Positions 28,493-37,400 of a DNA stretch of 53,137 nt are shown piece by piece (the first letter of the stretch is position 1; the number at the start of each line of letters is the position of its first letter). The DNA comes from a virus. Taxonomy: Duplodnaviria; Caudoviricetes. The stretch spans positions 1 to 53,137 of the IMG/VR virus record IMGVR_UViG_3300043443_000196. The stretch is one strand, 5' to 3'. The notes under the pieces were generated by a model. That model worked only from the letters and a program-made list of their open reading frames with translations. It was not told the origin of the DNA and did no database searches. The position numbers and the translations under genes are program-made.

Positions 28493-28499
28493 TATTTAG
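28493..28499 (-). promoter_or_regulatory. Candidate late promoter CTAAATA heading the collagen operon
   Basis: Intergenic, about 28 nt upstream of the first collagen ATG. Confidence 0.65.
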
Positions 28500-28502
28500 T
28501 TA

Positions 28503-29177
28503 TTACACATTAATAAGTATTCTATGCATAACAACTGTGGTTGATGCATTAACCGGAGTCAATAACAAAGAAACGGTTCCAGAAGATAATGAACAATCAA
28601 AAGAACCAAGATCAGAGCTGGTATTAACCAATCCATACTGAGAAAGGTATGCTGTTGTTCCATTATGGACAACCAGAATATCAGAAGATTGATAACTAGA
28701 ACCACTGGACAACTGTACTGTGTATTTCGCAGTTCTATATGTCGCTGAAGGAAATGTATCGATTGCAACTTGAGAAGTTGTGGTTGTCGTATATGTTATA
28801 GATGACATCCTGGTCTTATTTGATAACGCTATACTACCATTAACTTGCAGTTTGTCTAATCCATTATCAGTTGCAGTGCCAAGTAATATGTTTCCGTTGT
28901 ATTGTCCGAGCTTAATAAGCCCAGTATCAAGTACTTCTATACTTGGTATACCAGAAACGTCATTTACTGAGTATATGGTTCCTGATAAAGAATTTGTTAT
29001 AGAGAATAATTGACCAGCAGTTCCTTCAAAAGAAATCGTTCCATTATCAGTTGGGTATACATTTAAAGATATTGTTTGCGCGCCAACCGTCGAACTGGCA
29101 CCCTTGAACTCAATCTTAGGTTCGGCAGTCTGACCCTTATTTGGCGTGATTAAAATATCTTTATCTGTTAATGCCAT
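28503..29177 (-). CDS. Putative virion structural/fibre-associated protein
   Basis: Ser/Thr/Gly-rich; C-terminal IDTF....YRTAKY.VQ...Q.S.ILV.H.GT domain shared with the 1061-aa fibre. Confidence 0.7.
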   Translation of the reverse strand: MALTDKDILITPNKGQTAEPKIEFKGASSTVGAQTISLNVYPTDNGTISFEGTAGQLFSITNSLSGTIYSVNDVSGIPSIEVLDTGLIKLGQYNGNILLGTATDNGLDKLQVNGSIALSNKTRMSSITYTTTTTSQVAIDTFPSATYRTAKYTVQLSSGSSYQSSDILVVHNGTTAYLSQYGLVNTSSDLGSFDCSLSSGTVSLLLTPVNASTTVVMHRILINV

Positions 29178-29204
29178 GACGTTATTTTAGTAATACTATG
29201 TATT

Positions 29205-29212
29205 TATTTATA
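29205..29212 (-). promoter_or_regulatory. Canonical T4 late promoter TATAAATA
   Basis: Exact match, about 28 nt upstream of the 224-aa gene. Confidence 0.7.
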
Positions 29213-30362
29213 AACCAAATCTGCTGCGAAGGGAATTAAAATTCTCATAGACCTCATCTGAACTTAGTGCTCTACTATAAACTCTTGCTACATATAAATC
29301 TCCAACAAAAGCTCTTTGATCTGCATCTCTCCATCTACCAATTCTGTCGATACCCCATCCATTTAATGGCAAGTTAATATCAACACCCTCAGTAACATTA
29401 TTATTAACGTATATTCGCAACTTAACTCCATCATAAGTGGAAACTATATGATAGAAATTATTATTTTGTAAAGTTTGAGAATGAGTTAAGCTCTTTTGTC
29501 CACCAGTAGTGCTAACTGAAATAAATGCTTTAGAACCAAGTATTCTTACATAATCTGCGGCTATTGTTGAATAACCGAAGTACATCTGGTCTTTTGTTAT
29601 ATTAGTCGGTTTAATAAAAACTTCCTTGGTGAAACCAGTTGAACTTCCTATTATGTTCGCTGTTATAAAATCTGTTGTTCCATTAAAAGAGAAAGTGTTG
29701 TCTGATGCATAAGTCAGACTTGAAGAAGTTATTGAGTTAATTGATGTTAGGTCTTTTAATGAAGTTGTTATAGTCCTAGAACCCTGATTATTGGTTGTGC
29801 TCATATATGGTGTCATAAATGACATTTCTTCTAATTGAGCTCCCCAGAAATATGCAGTTCCAGAACCAGCTGGCATAATAAATTGCAAACCTCTATCACC
29901 AGTTCCAGAAGCCGGAAGTGCACTGGTGAATGTAAACCTTTGCCATGTAGAAGTTAGATTTATACTTCCGCCACCTCCAGCGTCGTTCATGGCAAACCAA
30001 ACTGACATAGGAACTGGTGCGCACGCCCATATACTAATGGTGTATGTTACTCCAGCAGTTACATTAGCTAGACCCCATATTAAACCCCAAGCACCAGTAG
30101 CACCACAAACAGTTCCAGAATCTCTAACTATTTTCGTTGCAGTGTAATTACCTTCTGGATCTTTTATATCAGCTGTATTATATGTTATGTTATTGGTGTT
30201 GCCTGCACAGTATGCATACCAATTTGTTCCATTTAAAGTGTCGCTATCGTTTAAGCATAAATTTACAGAAGGGGGACCAAGCCAAGATTTCTTAGTGTTT
30301 CCCATGTCATACTGGAATACTAATCCATTAGTCACTTCATTTGGACCAGAATAAGAACTCAT
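29208..30362 (-). CDS. LamG/concanavalin-A-like lectin domain protein with an inserted carbohydrate-binding-like domain
   Basis: VTNGLVF.YD..N.KSW N-terminus; F.FNGT.D, YHIV.TYDG....IYVN and YSRALS..EV..NFN.LR.RFG. Confidence 0.82.
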   Translation of the reverse strand: MSSYSGPNEVTNGLVFQYDMGNTKKSWLGPPSVNLCLNDSDTLNGTNWYAYCAGNTNNITYNTADIKDPEGNYTATKIVRDSGTVCGATGAWGLIWGLANVTAGVTYTISIWACAPVPMSVWFAMNDAGGGGSINLTSTWQRFTFTSALPASGTGDRGLQFIMPAGSGTAYFWGAQLEEMSFMTPYMSTTNNQGSRTITTSLKDLTSINSITSSSLTYASDNTFSFNGTTDFITANIIGSSTGFTKEVFIKPTNITKDQMYFGYSTIAADYVRILGSKAFISVSTTGGQKSLTHSQTLQNNNFYHIVSTYDGVKLRIYVNNNVTEGVDINLPLNGWGIDRIGRWRDADQRAFVGDLYVARVYSRALSSDEVYENFNSLRSRFGL

Positions 30363-31564
30363 ACTCCGTATCTTCCTCTTAATGCGTTGAAATTCTGTTT
30401 AACCTCTGAATCGGATAGATCTTTATTGTAAACACTTAATCCAGAAATATTACCGTTTAACCAAAAAGTATTATTTCCTCTTTGACCAATAATCCAATTC
30501 CCGCTCCAATTAGCAATAGGAATAGTTTCAGTTTGATTGATATGCTGAACTCCATTCAAGAATAATTTGATTGTGAGATTATCAATGGATGCTGAAAAGT
30601 GCGTCCAAGATCCAGCTGGAACAGTTCCAGCTGGTGAATAGTATGTTCTATTATTCACATCAGCCGATTCAGTTATACTGAATCTAAATTGACCAGTTGA
30701 TGTTAGGGCTAAAAAGTGATCTACACCAGCAGACTGTGGAGTTAAGAAAAACGTGTCTTGATTCGCATTTGGTTTAATCCACCCAGATATCGTCCACCTG
30801 TTCGGCGAAACTTGTATAGACGGTTGTGGAATCGTTATATAATTGCTCGTTCCATTAAACGACCAACCTGTACCATCGTAATTATAAGTTAATGAATTTG
30901 CAGTAATAGTATTACCGCCAACTAGATCTTTAATAGAATCCGTATTGCTTCTAGCTCCAAATGCATAACCATATGGAGAAGATGCATACGAGTTTTTATT
31001 CCACTGCAGACCGTTTAAGTATAATACTCCCGATGAAGTACTGTATCCCCAACTTGGACCATCTACTGTAATTGCATTTGTGTATGCTTCGTTAATTTGA
31101 GTGACTGTATAATTATAATGCCACTTTCCATCCGGAATTATAGAGTTAACATTTGATAAAATTGTGCTCGAGTAAGCTCTAGACCAATCAGAAAGATAAA
31201 ACGAACCTACACCAAAAGATGTCAAGCCAGCTGGAGCTGCAGTTTTATACCAATAACTTGTTGTCCATATATCACCTGCATTTCCAGTCCATATATTTCC
31301 ATATGTTCCTTCCCAACCATTCCACTGGTTAGAAGTTCCGGATTTATTGAATTTATATGTCTTTGCTCCTTTTATTGGACCATCATCTTCATATGTTCCA
31401 GTTATGTCAGTATTAGTTCCTCCTACGGTCCAAGGAGCAAATGGAGAACCATTGTTCCAATAAAGATTTGTTAATGGACCTCCGTTCCAAGACTTGCGGT
31501 TATTCGCGTCATAATAGAACACTAAACCGTCAGTTATTATCTTTGATGAATGATTAAGAGCCAT
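30359..31564 (-). CDS. LamG/concanavalin-A-like lectin domain protein (paralog)
   Basis: ITDGLVFYYDA.N.KSW; W.FNGT, WTISGWIK, WTH and YNK.LS..EV.QNFNALRGRYG. Confidence 0.85.
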   Translation of the reverse strand: MALNHSSKIITDGLVFYYDANNRKSWNGGPLTNLYWNNGSPFAPWTVGGTNTDITGTYEDDGPIKGAKTYKFNKSGTSNQWNGWEGTYGNIWTGNAGDIWTTSYWYKTAAPAGLTSFGVGSFYLSDWSRAYSSTILSNVNSIIPDGKWHYNYTVTQINEAYTNAITVDGPSWGYSTSSGVLYLNGLQWNKNSYASSPYGYAFGARSNTDSIKDLVGGNTITANSLTYNYDGTGWSFNGTSNYITIPQPSIQVSPNRWTISGWIKPNANQDTFFLTPQSAGVDHFLALTSTGQFRFSITESADVNNRTYYSPAGTVPAGSWTHFSASIDNLTIKLFLNGVQHINQTETIPIANWSGNWIIGQRGNNTFWLNGNISGLSVYNKDLSDSEVKQNFNALRGRYGV

Positions 31565-31676
31565 ATAATGATGTGTATTCTTCTCTTGTCATTTCAATAA
31601 ACATTGGAAAACCATAAGTGTCTATTAAACTTACCAAATAATTCCCATTTTCTAAAACTTCGTAATATGGTTTCAT
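31554..31676 (-). CDS. Small hypothetical protein (40 aa)
   Basis: Not in the ORF track: MKPYYEVLENGNYLVSLIDTYGFPMFIEMTREEYTSLYGS; ATGA overlap with the upstream stop and exactly fills the gap. Confidence 0.6.
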   Translation of the reverse strand: MKPYYEVLENGNYLVSLIDTYGFPMFIEMTREEYTSLYGS

Positions 31677-32566
31677 AAAGGTATAGATGCAGTTGAAATT
31701 GGGGATTGATATAATCGTATTTCGTCCATTAGATATTTTGCTGGAGTAGTTTCTGCAGTTCTTCCATAATTTTCTAAATGCATGAATGTTATGTATTTCG
31801 TTCCATATCTAAATGGAATTGAGCTATTTCTATTTTCACCAGTGAACCACCCACTATCATATAAAGTCCAAGATTCTGGGAATTCAGGAACCCATATATA
31901 ACTATACGTTCCCCCAGCCACTCCATTGAATACAGGAGTTCCTACTGGTAAAGAGTATCCAATGTTTGGCATTGTTATAGCATTACCATTAATATCTTGT
32001 AACGCTAATTGATAATCTGTTCCTGTGAATGTTATTGTCGGGGAGTAACATATATTATAATCACCGTATCCTATTCTTGAGTACCCCCATGGAGTTGAAT
32101 AATATGGATGGGTGGCAGGGTTAATCATAAAATGACGATAATAATATAAAGCTAATGTTGACCATCCTGCACTGCTTGTTATATAAGCATATGAATCTCC
32201 TGGGTTTAAAGCCCTACTTAAAGTAGTATTACCAACCCCGCCACAATGTCTAAGATCAATGAAATTATAAAACTGATCGTATGTGGCGAATCCAAGATAA
32301 CCATAACCAAGATAATTATTTGGCGTGCTTCTCGCTATAGTTTTAGCTCTAACGGTCATTCTATAGTATTTTGATGTATCAACTTTTATGTATTCAGAAC
32401 CAATTCTAGTTGGGCTGCCATTGTTTTGAAACAATAATGAATAACAACCGGAATACGCGTCATTGCTGTATATTGAGGCAAAAGAAAAATTTGTGTTCGA
32501 ACCGCTCTCAAAATCTCCATTAGTGAATAAACCAAGATTTCTTTTACCATATGCCACCGCCATCAC
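31673..32566 (-). CDS. Hypothetical Tyr/Gly-rich beta protein, possible carbohydrate-binding virion protein
   Basis: N-terminal NGDFESG and DAYSG motifs reminiscent of CBM4/9-like folds; coupled to its neighbours. Confidence 0.6.
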   Translation of the reverse strand: MMAVAYGKRNLGLFTNGDFESGSNTNFSFASIYSNDAYSGCYSLLFQNNGSPTRIGSEYIKVDTSKYYRMTVRAKTIARSTPNNYLGYGYLGFATYDQFYNFIDLRHCGGVGNTTLSRALNPGDSYAYITSSAGWSTLALYYYRHFMINPATHPYYSTPWGYSRIGYGDYNICYSPTITFTGTDYQLALQDINGNAITMPNIGYSLPVGTPVFNGVAGGTYSYIWVPEFPESWTLYDSGWFTGENRNSSIPFRYGTKYITFMHLENYGRTAETTPAKYLMDEIRLYQSPISTASIPL

Positions 32567-33687
32567 CCAATCTCCACTTGCAATTTCTCGACATCAATAC
32601 GCTCAGCTAATATGTAATAGAAGCAATAAGGCTCTCCTGCAAATAGCCCATCGTTGTTAATATAAATCTTATTGTCTCTTATATCCTCAACATATAACTT
32701 CTGTCCTTTACCAATAGCAGTTAGTTGCACTGTGATTGAATCTGGATCGACAAGTTTTGTCCAGTATTCAGGTAACTCAATAACTCTGCCCTTAAGTTTA
32801 CCGCGAACATAAACACCGTTCTCTGGACCTTCCAAAGAACCATAGCGCAGTTTCATCCCCTCTTTGGTTGGATGATCGATCAAGAATGATTTTGTTGTTG
32901 CGTATAGACCGCCAGTAGTTGTAATATCACCGCTATCAAGAGCAATTTTTGATGTTACAGTTCCATTAGCTTTGAATTCAATATAATCTGGAGTACCTTC
33001 GTTATAAAATATACCCCATGTTGGGTTTGATGGTGAAACCATCCATATAGCAACATCTGGTGCTCCAGAAGCTGCGCCGTATATACCAGCCGATGCGACA
33101 ATACCGCCACTGAACGTGCTGAGAGTAGAAGTCGATGCACCCCTTCCAGTCACAGTAGCAAGAGTGTCCGCTTCAGCAGTTAGATACGAACCAGCTGCTT
33201 GTGCTCCAATTTCAGCCAATGACCAACTAACGTTTGCAGATCCATTGACTGATTTACCTGTTGACCCTATCGTTAAGGTTCTTGCAGTTTGCCAAGTGGT
33301 TGCTGTGCTGGCATTTCCCGTTAACGCAGCAGTTATAGTTGCTGCGGTGAAACTTCCATAGGAATCTGAAGAATCGGCTTGTAAAAACTTAGAACCAGGG
33401 GATGTGATGAATACGTCTTTATCGCCAGCACTAAAGTTCACCGTGCTGTTAGCATTACTTGAAGAAATAATAGTAGTTCTTTGGAATGTATTTGCTGCGG
33501 TATATGTACCTAAACCAACTTCCCATTCGTTTAATCCAAGAGCTGCGATAGTATAGAAAAACGTATCATTGACAGACGCAACGGAGGCGAACGTCCTAAA
33601 TGACGTAACTGCACCTGATAATACAAAATTACCAGTTCCTGTTGACTGCGAAAGCTCTCTTACTCTGTCCGGTTTTATATGTGCCAT
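32563..33687 (-). CDS. Mosaic tail fibre-like protein
   Basis: N-terminal DRV.E....TGTG...L.GA and EWEVG.GTY module; GNASTAT..QTARTL fibre motif; C-terminal KSFLIDHPTK...LRYGSLEGPE..VY.RG domain. Confidence 0.75.
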   Translation of the reverse strand: MAHIKPDRVRELSQSTGTGNFVLSGAVTSFRTFASVASVNDTFFYTIAALGLNEWEVGLGTYTAANTFQRTTIISSSNANSTVNFSAGDKDVFITSPGSKFLQADSSDSYGSFTAATITAALTGNASTATTWQTARTLTIGSTGKSVNGSANVSWSLAEIGAQAAGSYLTAEADTLATVTGRGASTSTLSTFSGGIVASAGIYGAASGAPDVAIWMVSPSNPTWGIFYNEGTPDYIEFKANGTVTSKIALDSGDITTTGGLYATTKSFLIDHPTKEGMKLRYGSLEGPENGVYVRGKLKGRVIELPEYWTKLVDPDSITVQLTAIGKGQKLYVEDIRDNKIYINNDGLFAGEPYCFYYILAERIDVEKLQVEIG

Positions 33688-33715
33688 GATTCGTTATATT
33701 AAGATGCACCTTTAT

Positions 33716-33723
33716 TATTTATC
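33716..33723 (-). promoter_or_regulatory. Candidate late promoter GATAAATA
   Basis: Immediately downstream of a terminator and upstream of the 374-aa fibre gene. Confidence 0.55.
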
Positions 33724-33725
33724 AC

Positions 33726-33752
33726 AAAAAAAGGCTGTCAAAAGACAGCCTT
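33726..33752 (-). terminator. Rho-independent terminator
   Basis: Minus strand AAGGCTGTC-TTTT-GACAGCC followed by T7. Confidence 0.88.
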
Positions 33753-33772
33753 AAAGTTCGCTGTTATAGTTA

Positions 33773-34213
33773 TTATGCGAACGTGATCTGCAGCTGACCT
33801 GCAGCAAATGATACCGTGTTTCCGGTATTAATTGTTTGTTGAACAGTCAGGGCTCCCCAGAGTAACAAGTTACCTGCAGTAGCTGTGTCGAACAATCCAA
33901 AGTGAGTCACAGTTCCCCAAGATCCAGTTGGAGTGGCGAAGGTGATTGCTGCATTGTTGCTTGTCACACCACCAGTTCCTGACGAAACTGCTTGTGTTCC
34001 TGCTCCCTGCGTACCTGCCCATGCTGCAAGAGAACATGAAACAGATGCTCTTGCGTATGCGTTAGAACCGATGGTGATTTCCGTGCCGCCACCTGAATCG
34101 GATGGAGCTGCAGTGAACAAAGCAACGTAAACCGTCGTAGGAGCAGTGAATGCTTGTGCTCTGAAGATGTGGTCTACGAGTTTATTCTCTAGATAATTTG
34201 ATAATGCTGACAT
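33773..34213 (-). CDS. Small virion structural protein (SNYLE..L.DH / WGTVTHFG family)
   Basis: Recognisable widespread phage family with YVALFTA.P, YAR and WG.VTH.G..D..T.GNLL; strong GGAG RBS; followed by a terminator. Confidence 0.8.
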   Translation of the reverse strand: MSALSNYLENKLVDHIFRAQAFTAPTTVYVALFTAAPSDSGGGTEITIGSNAYARASVSCSLAAWAGTQGAGTQAVSSGTGGVTSNNAAITFATPTGSWGTVTHFGLFDTATAGNLLLWGALTVQQTINTGNTVSFAAGQLQITFA

Positions 34214-34226
34214 TTATGTCGTCTCC

Positions 34227-34388
34227 TTATTCAGCAGCCACTTCTTCTGGCTGCTGTTCTTGTTGTACTTGCGGCATTGCTTGCGCTCTTACTTTGAAAA
34301 TTAGGTCAGAGCTAACCTCGAATGGTTGCTTTGCAAGAGATGCCAGTAGTAAATTTACTTCGTTAATAGTCAATTCAAGTTTAATCAT
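34227..34388 (-). CDS. Small hypothetical protein (53 aa)
   Basis: Not in the ORF track: MIKLELTINEVNLLLASLAKQPFEVSSDLIFKVRAQAMPQVQQEQQPEEVAAE; GAGGA RBS upstream. Confidence 0.8.
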   Translation of the reverse strand: MIKLELTINEVNLLLASLAKQPFEVSSDLIFKVRAQAMPQVQQEQQPEEVAAE

Positions 34389-34400
34389 AGTTTTCCTCAA

Positions 34401-37400
34401 TTAGATTGCAGTTGCGATGGCGGTGACAGTATATTCCGTCGAAGTTGTTGAACCAGACTGCGCAACTATATTTAGAACATACTTACCAGAAGTTCCAACT
34501 TGAGATATCGTTGGGGTCAGGATAGGATCTGCTGTTGTGAATGTTCCTATCTTCACTATAGAGTATTCATTCCATTGAACGTTAGTTCCATCATGGATGG
34601 CAAGGATCTTCGATGATTGATAATTAGTTCCTTGTTTGATCTGAACGGTAAACTCAACGGTTCTGTAATCAGCGATATCGAACGAAGGTCCGATATTTGT
34701 TCCGTTTGTTGTGGTAGTTGTGACCTTCGTAGCGTTGGCGATTACTGACAATCCATTTATACTCAGACCAGCACCAAGATTAGCGTTGTAGCTCTTGAGA
34801 ACAGTATCGCCATCGAAAGTCGATCCTGCGGTGTAATCTGACTGTAGGGTTACAGACTTATTATTACCAACCGTGACATTGTCAGATAAAGTTGTGGTTC
34901 CTGTAACTGACAATGAACCGCCGAGGGAAGTTGCTCCAGTTCCAACGGTGAATGTTTTTGAACCCGTGACGGAAGTGTTTCCATTCAGGCTAACTGCGCC
35001 AGATCCAGTGCTAAACGTTCCTGTTCCAGACTGACTGAACGTTTTGTCAGTAGCAATTGCGAAGTTGCCATTGCTTGTTATGGTTTTGGCAGCACCACCA
35101 ATTAAAACATCCGCTGCGCCGCCGAAGTTGATCGTTGTAGCAGTGGCATTTAGAAGGTTAAAAGAGGTAGCAGAAGTGGTAATGTCACCACCATCAACAT
35201 TCAGGTCCAAATCAACGTCAAGGTTATGTTTGACGTTTGTTGTTCCTGAAGAAGAACCAATGCTGATCGAAGTTCCAGCCCCAGCGAAATTAACCGTAGT
35301 TGCTGTTCCATTGATGAGGTTGAACGAAGTAGCAGAAGTGGTAATGTCACCACCATCAACATTCAGGTCCAAATCAACGTCAAGGTTATGTTTGACGTTT
35401 GTTGTTCCTGAAGAAGAACCAATGCTGATCGAAGTTCCAGCTCCACCAAAGTTCAACGTCGTGCTTATTGTATTAAAGACATTAGCAGTTGTGGAACCAG
35501 AGTTGCCAACAATGGCGATTGCGTTGCCTGAGTGTTGTAGAGTGATAGATGCGCCAGCAGTTACTACGCCAGTTCCATCCGCTACTGTGAACTTGTCTGT
35601 GTCCATAGTCAATCCGCCGTTTAGAGCAGTCGCGCCAGTGACAGATAGAGTTCCAGCTATGCTGGTGTTACCGTTAGCGGAATCGACGAGGAACTTGGTT
35701 ATTGGGGTTCCTGCGCCATCAGTTATTCTAAAGTATTCTGTTGCTGCCGTTTCGCTACCAGAAAGTGTAACACCACCGCTAAACGTAGCAAGAGAAGTGA
35801 CTCCTAGAGTAGAACTTAGGGTTGTTGCATCTGTTACACCAAGAGTTCCAGCTATGCTGGTGTTACCAGATGCTGCTGTAATTATGAACTTGTTCGTGTT
35901 TACGGTAACGTTACCAGTAACACCAAGAGTAGAGCTTAGAGTTGTGGCTCCTGTAACACCTAAAGTCGAACTAAGAGTTGTGGCTCCAGTAACGTCCAGA
36001 GTTCCAGCTATGCTGGTGTTACCGGATGCTGCTGTAATTATGAACTTGTTCGTGTTTACGGTAACGTTACCAGTAACACCAAGAGTAGAGCTTAGATTAG
36101 TTGCGTCAGTGACGCCTAATGTTCCAGCTATGCTAGTGTTACCTGAAGCAGCTGTGATTGTGAACTTATTGGTATTGACCGATACGTTACCTGTAACACC
36201 TAGAGTCGAACTAAGAGTTGTGGCTCCAGTAACGTCCAGAGTTCCAGCTATGCTAGTGTTACCTGAAGCAGCTGTGATTGTGAACTTATTGGTATTGACC
36301 GATACGTTACCTGTAACACCTAGAGTCGAACTAAGAGTTGTGGCTCCAGTAACATCCAGAGTAGAGCTTAGAGTTGTGGCTCCAGTAACACCTAAAGTCG
36401 AACTAAGAGTTGTGGCTCCTGTGACACCAAGCGTACCAGCAATAGCCGTATTGCCGCTGGAAGCTATAACGTTAAACTTATTGGTATTAACCGATAAGTT
36501 ACCAGCGACACCAAGAGTGGAGCTTAGAGTCGTGGCTCCATTGACACTTAGTGTTCCCTCAACCGTAGTATTTCCGTTAGCAGAATCGACTAGGAACTTG
36601 GTTACTGGGGTTCCTGCTCCATCGGTTATTCTAAAGTATTCTGTCGCTGCAGTCGTGTTTCCTGATATGGTGACTCCACCACTAAACGTAGCAAGAGAAG
36701 CGACGCCTAAAGTGGAGCTGAGAGTTGTAGCTCCTGTAACACCTAAAGTCGAACTAAGAGTAGTTGCGTCAGTGACGCCTAATGTTCCAGCTATGCTAGT
36801 GTTACCTGAAGCAGCTGTGATTGTGAACTTATTGGTATTAACGGAAACATCGCCTATTACACCTAGAGTTCCAGCTATGCTAGTGTTACCTGAAGCAGCT
36901 GTGATTGTGAACTTATTGGTATTGACAGTTACGTCACCAACGACGCCTAAAGTCGAACTAAGAGTTGTTGCTCCAGTTACGCCTAAAGTCGAACTAAGAG
37001 TTGTTGCTCCAGTTACGCCTAATGTTCCAGCTATGCTAGTGTTACCTGAAGTTGCTACAATTGTGAACTTATTCGTGTTTACAGAAATATCGCTTCCGAC
37101 AGCAAGAGTTCCCGTGACCGATGTATTACCAGTTAGAGTAACTAGGGTTGTGGTTGCGCGAATCTTTTCAGAACCTCCAGCTGAAACAGCAATTGTGTTT
37201 GCTGCTGGTCTCCAAAGACCAGTATCCACATCGCCAACGAATGTTATTCCTGGACTAGCTACTGCACCAGATTGAATGAAAAGAACGTCTGAAGTATCAC
37301 TTCCAATGGTCGCGCTGCTAGTCGTTGACAAACTTGTGAACACTCCGGACGACGGAGTGATTGCTCCTATTGCTGTTCCATCTATCGCACCGCCGTTAAT

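Noticed and set aside
35044-37275. 743-aa plus-strand ORF
   Set aside because: Antisense shadow of the repetitive Thr/Gly/Ser fibre gene.
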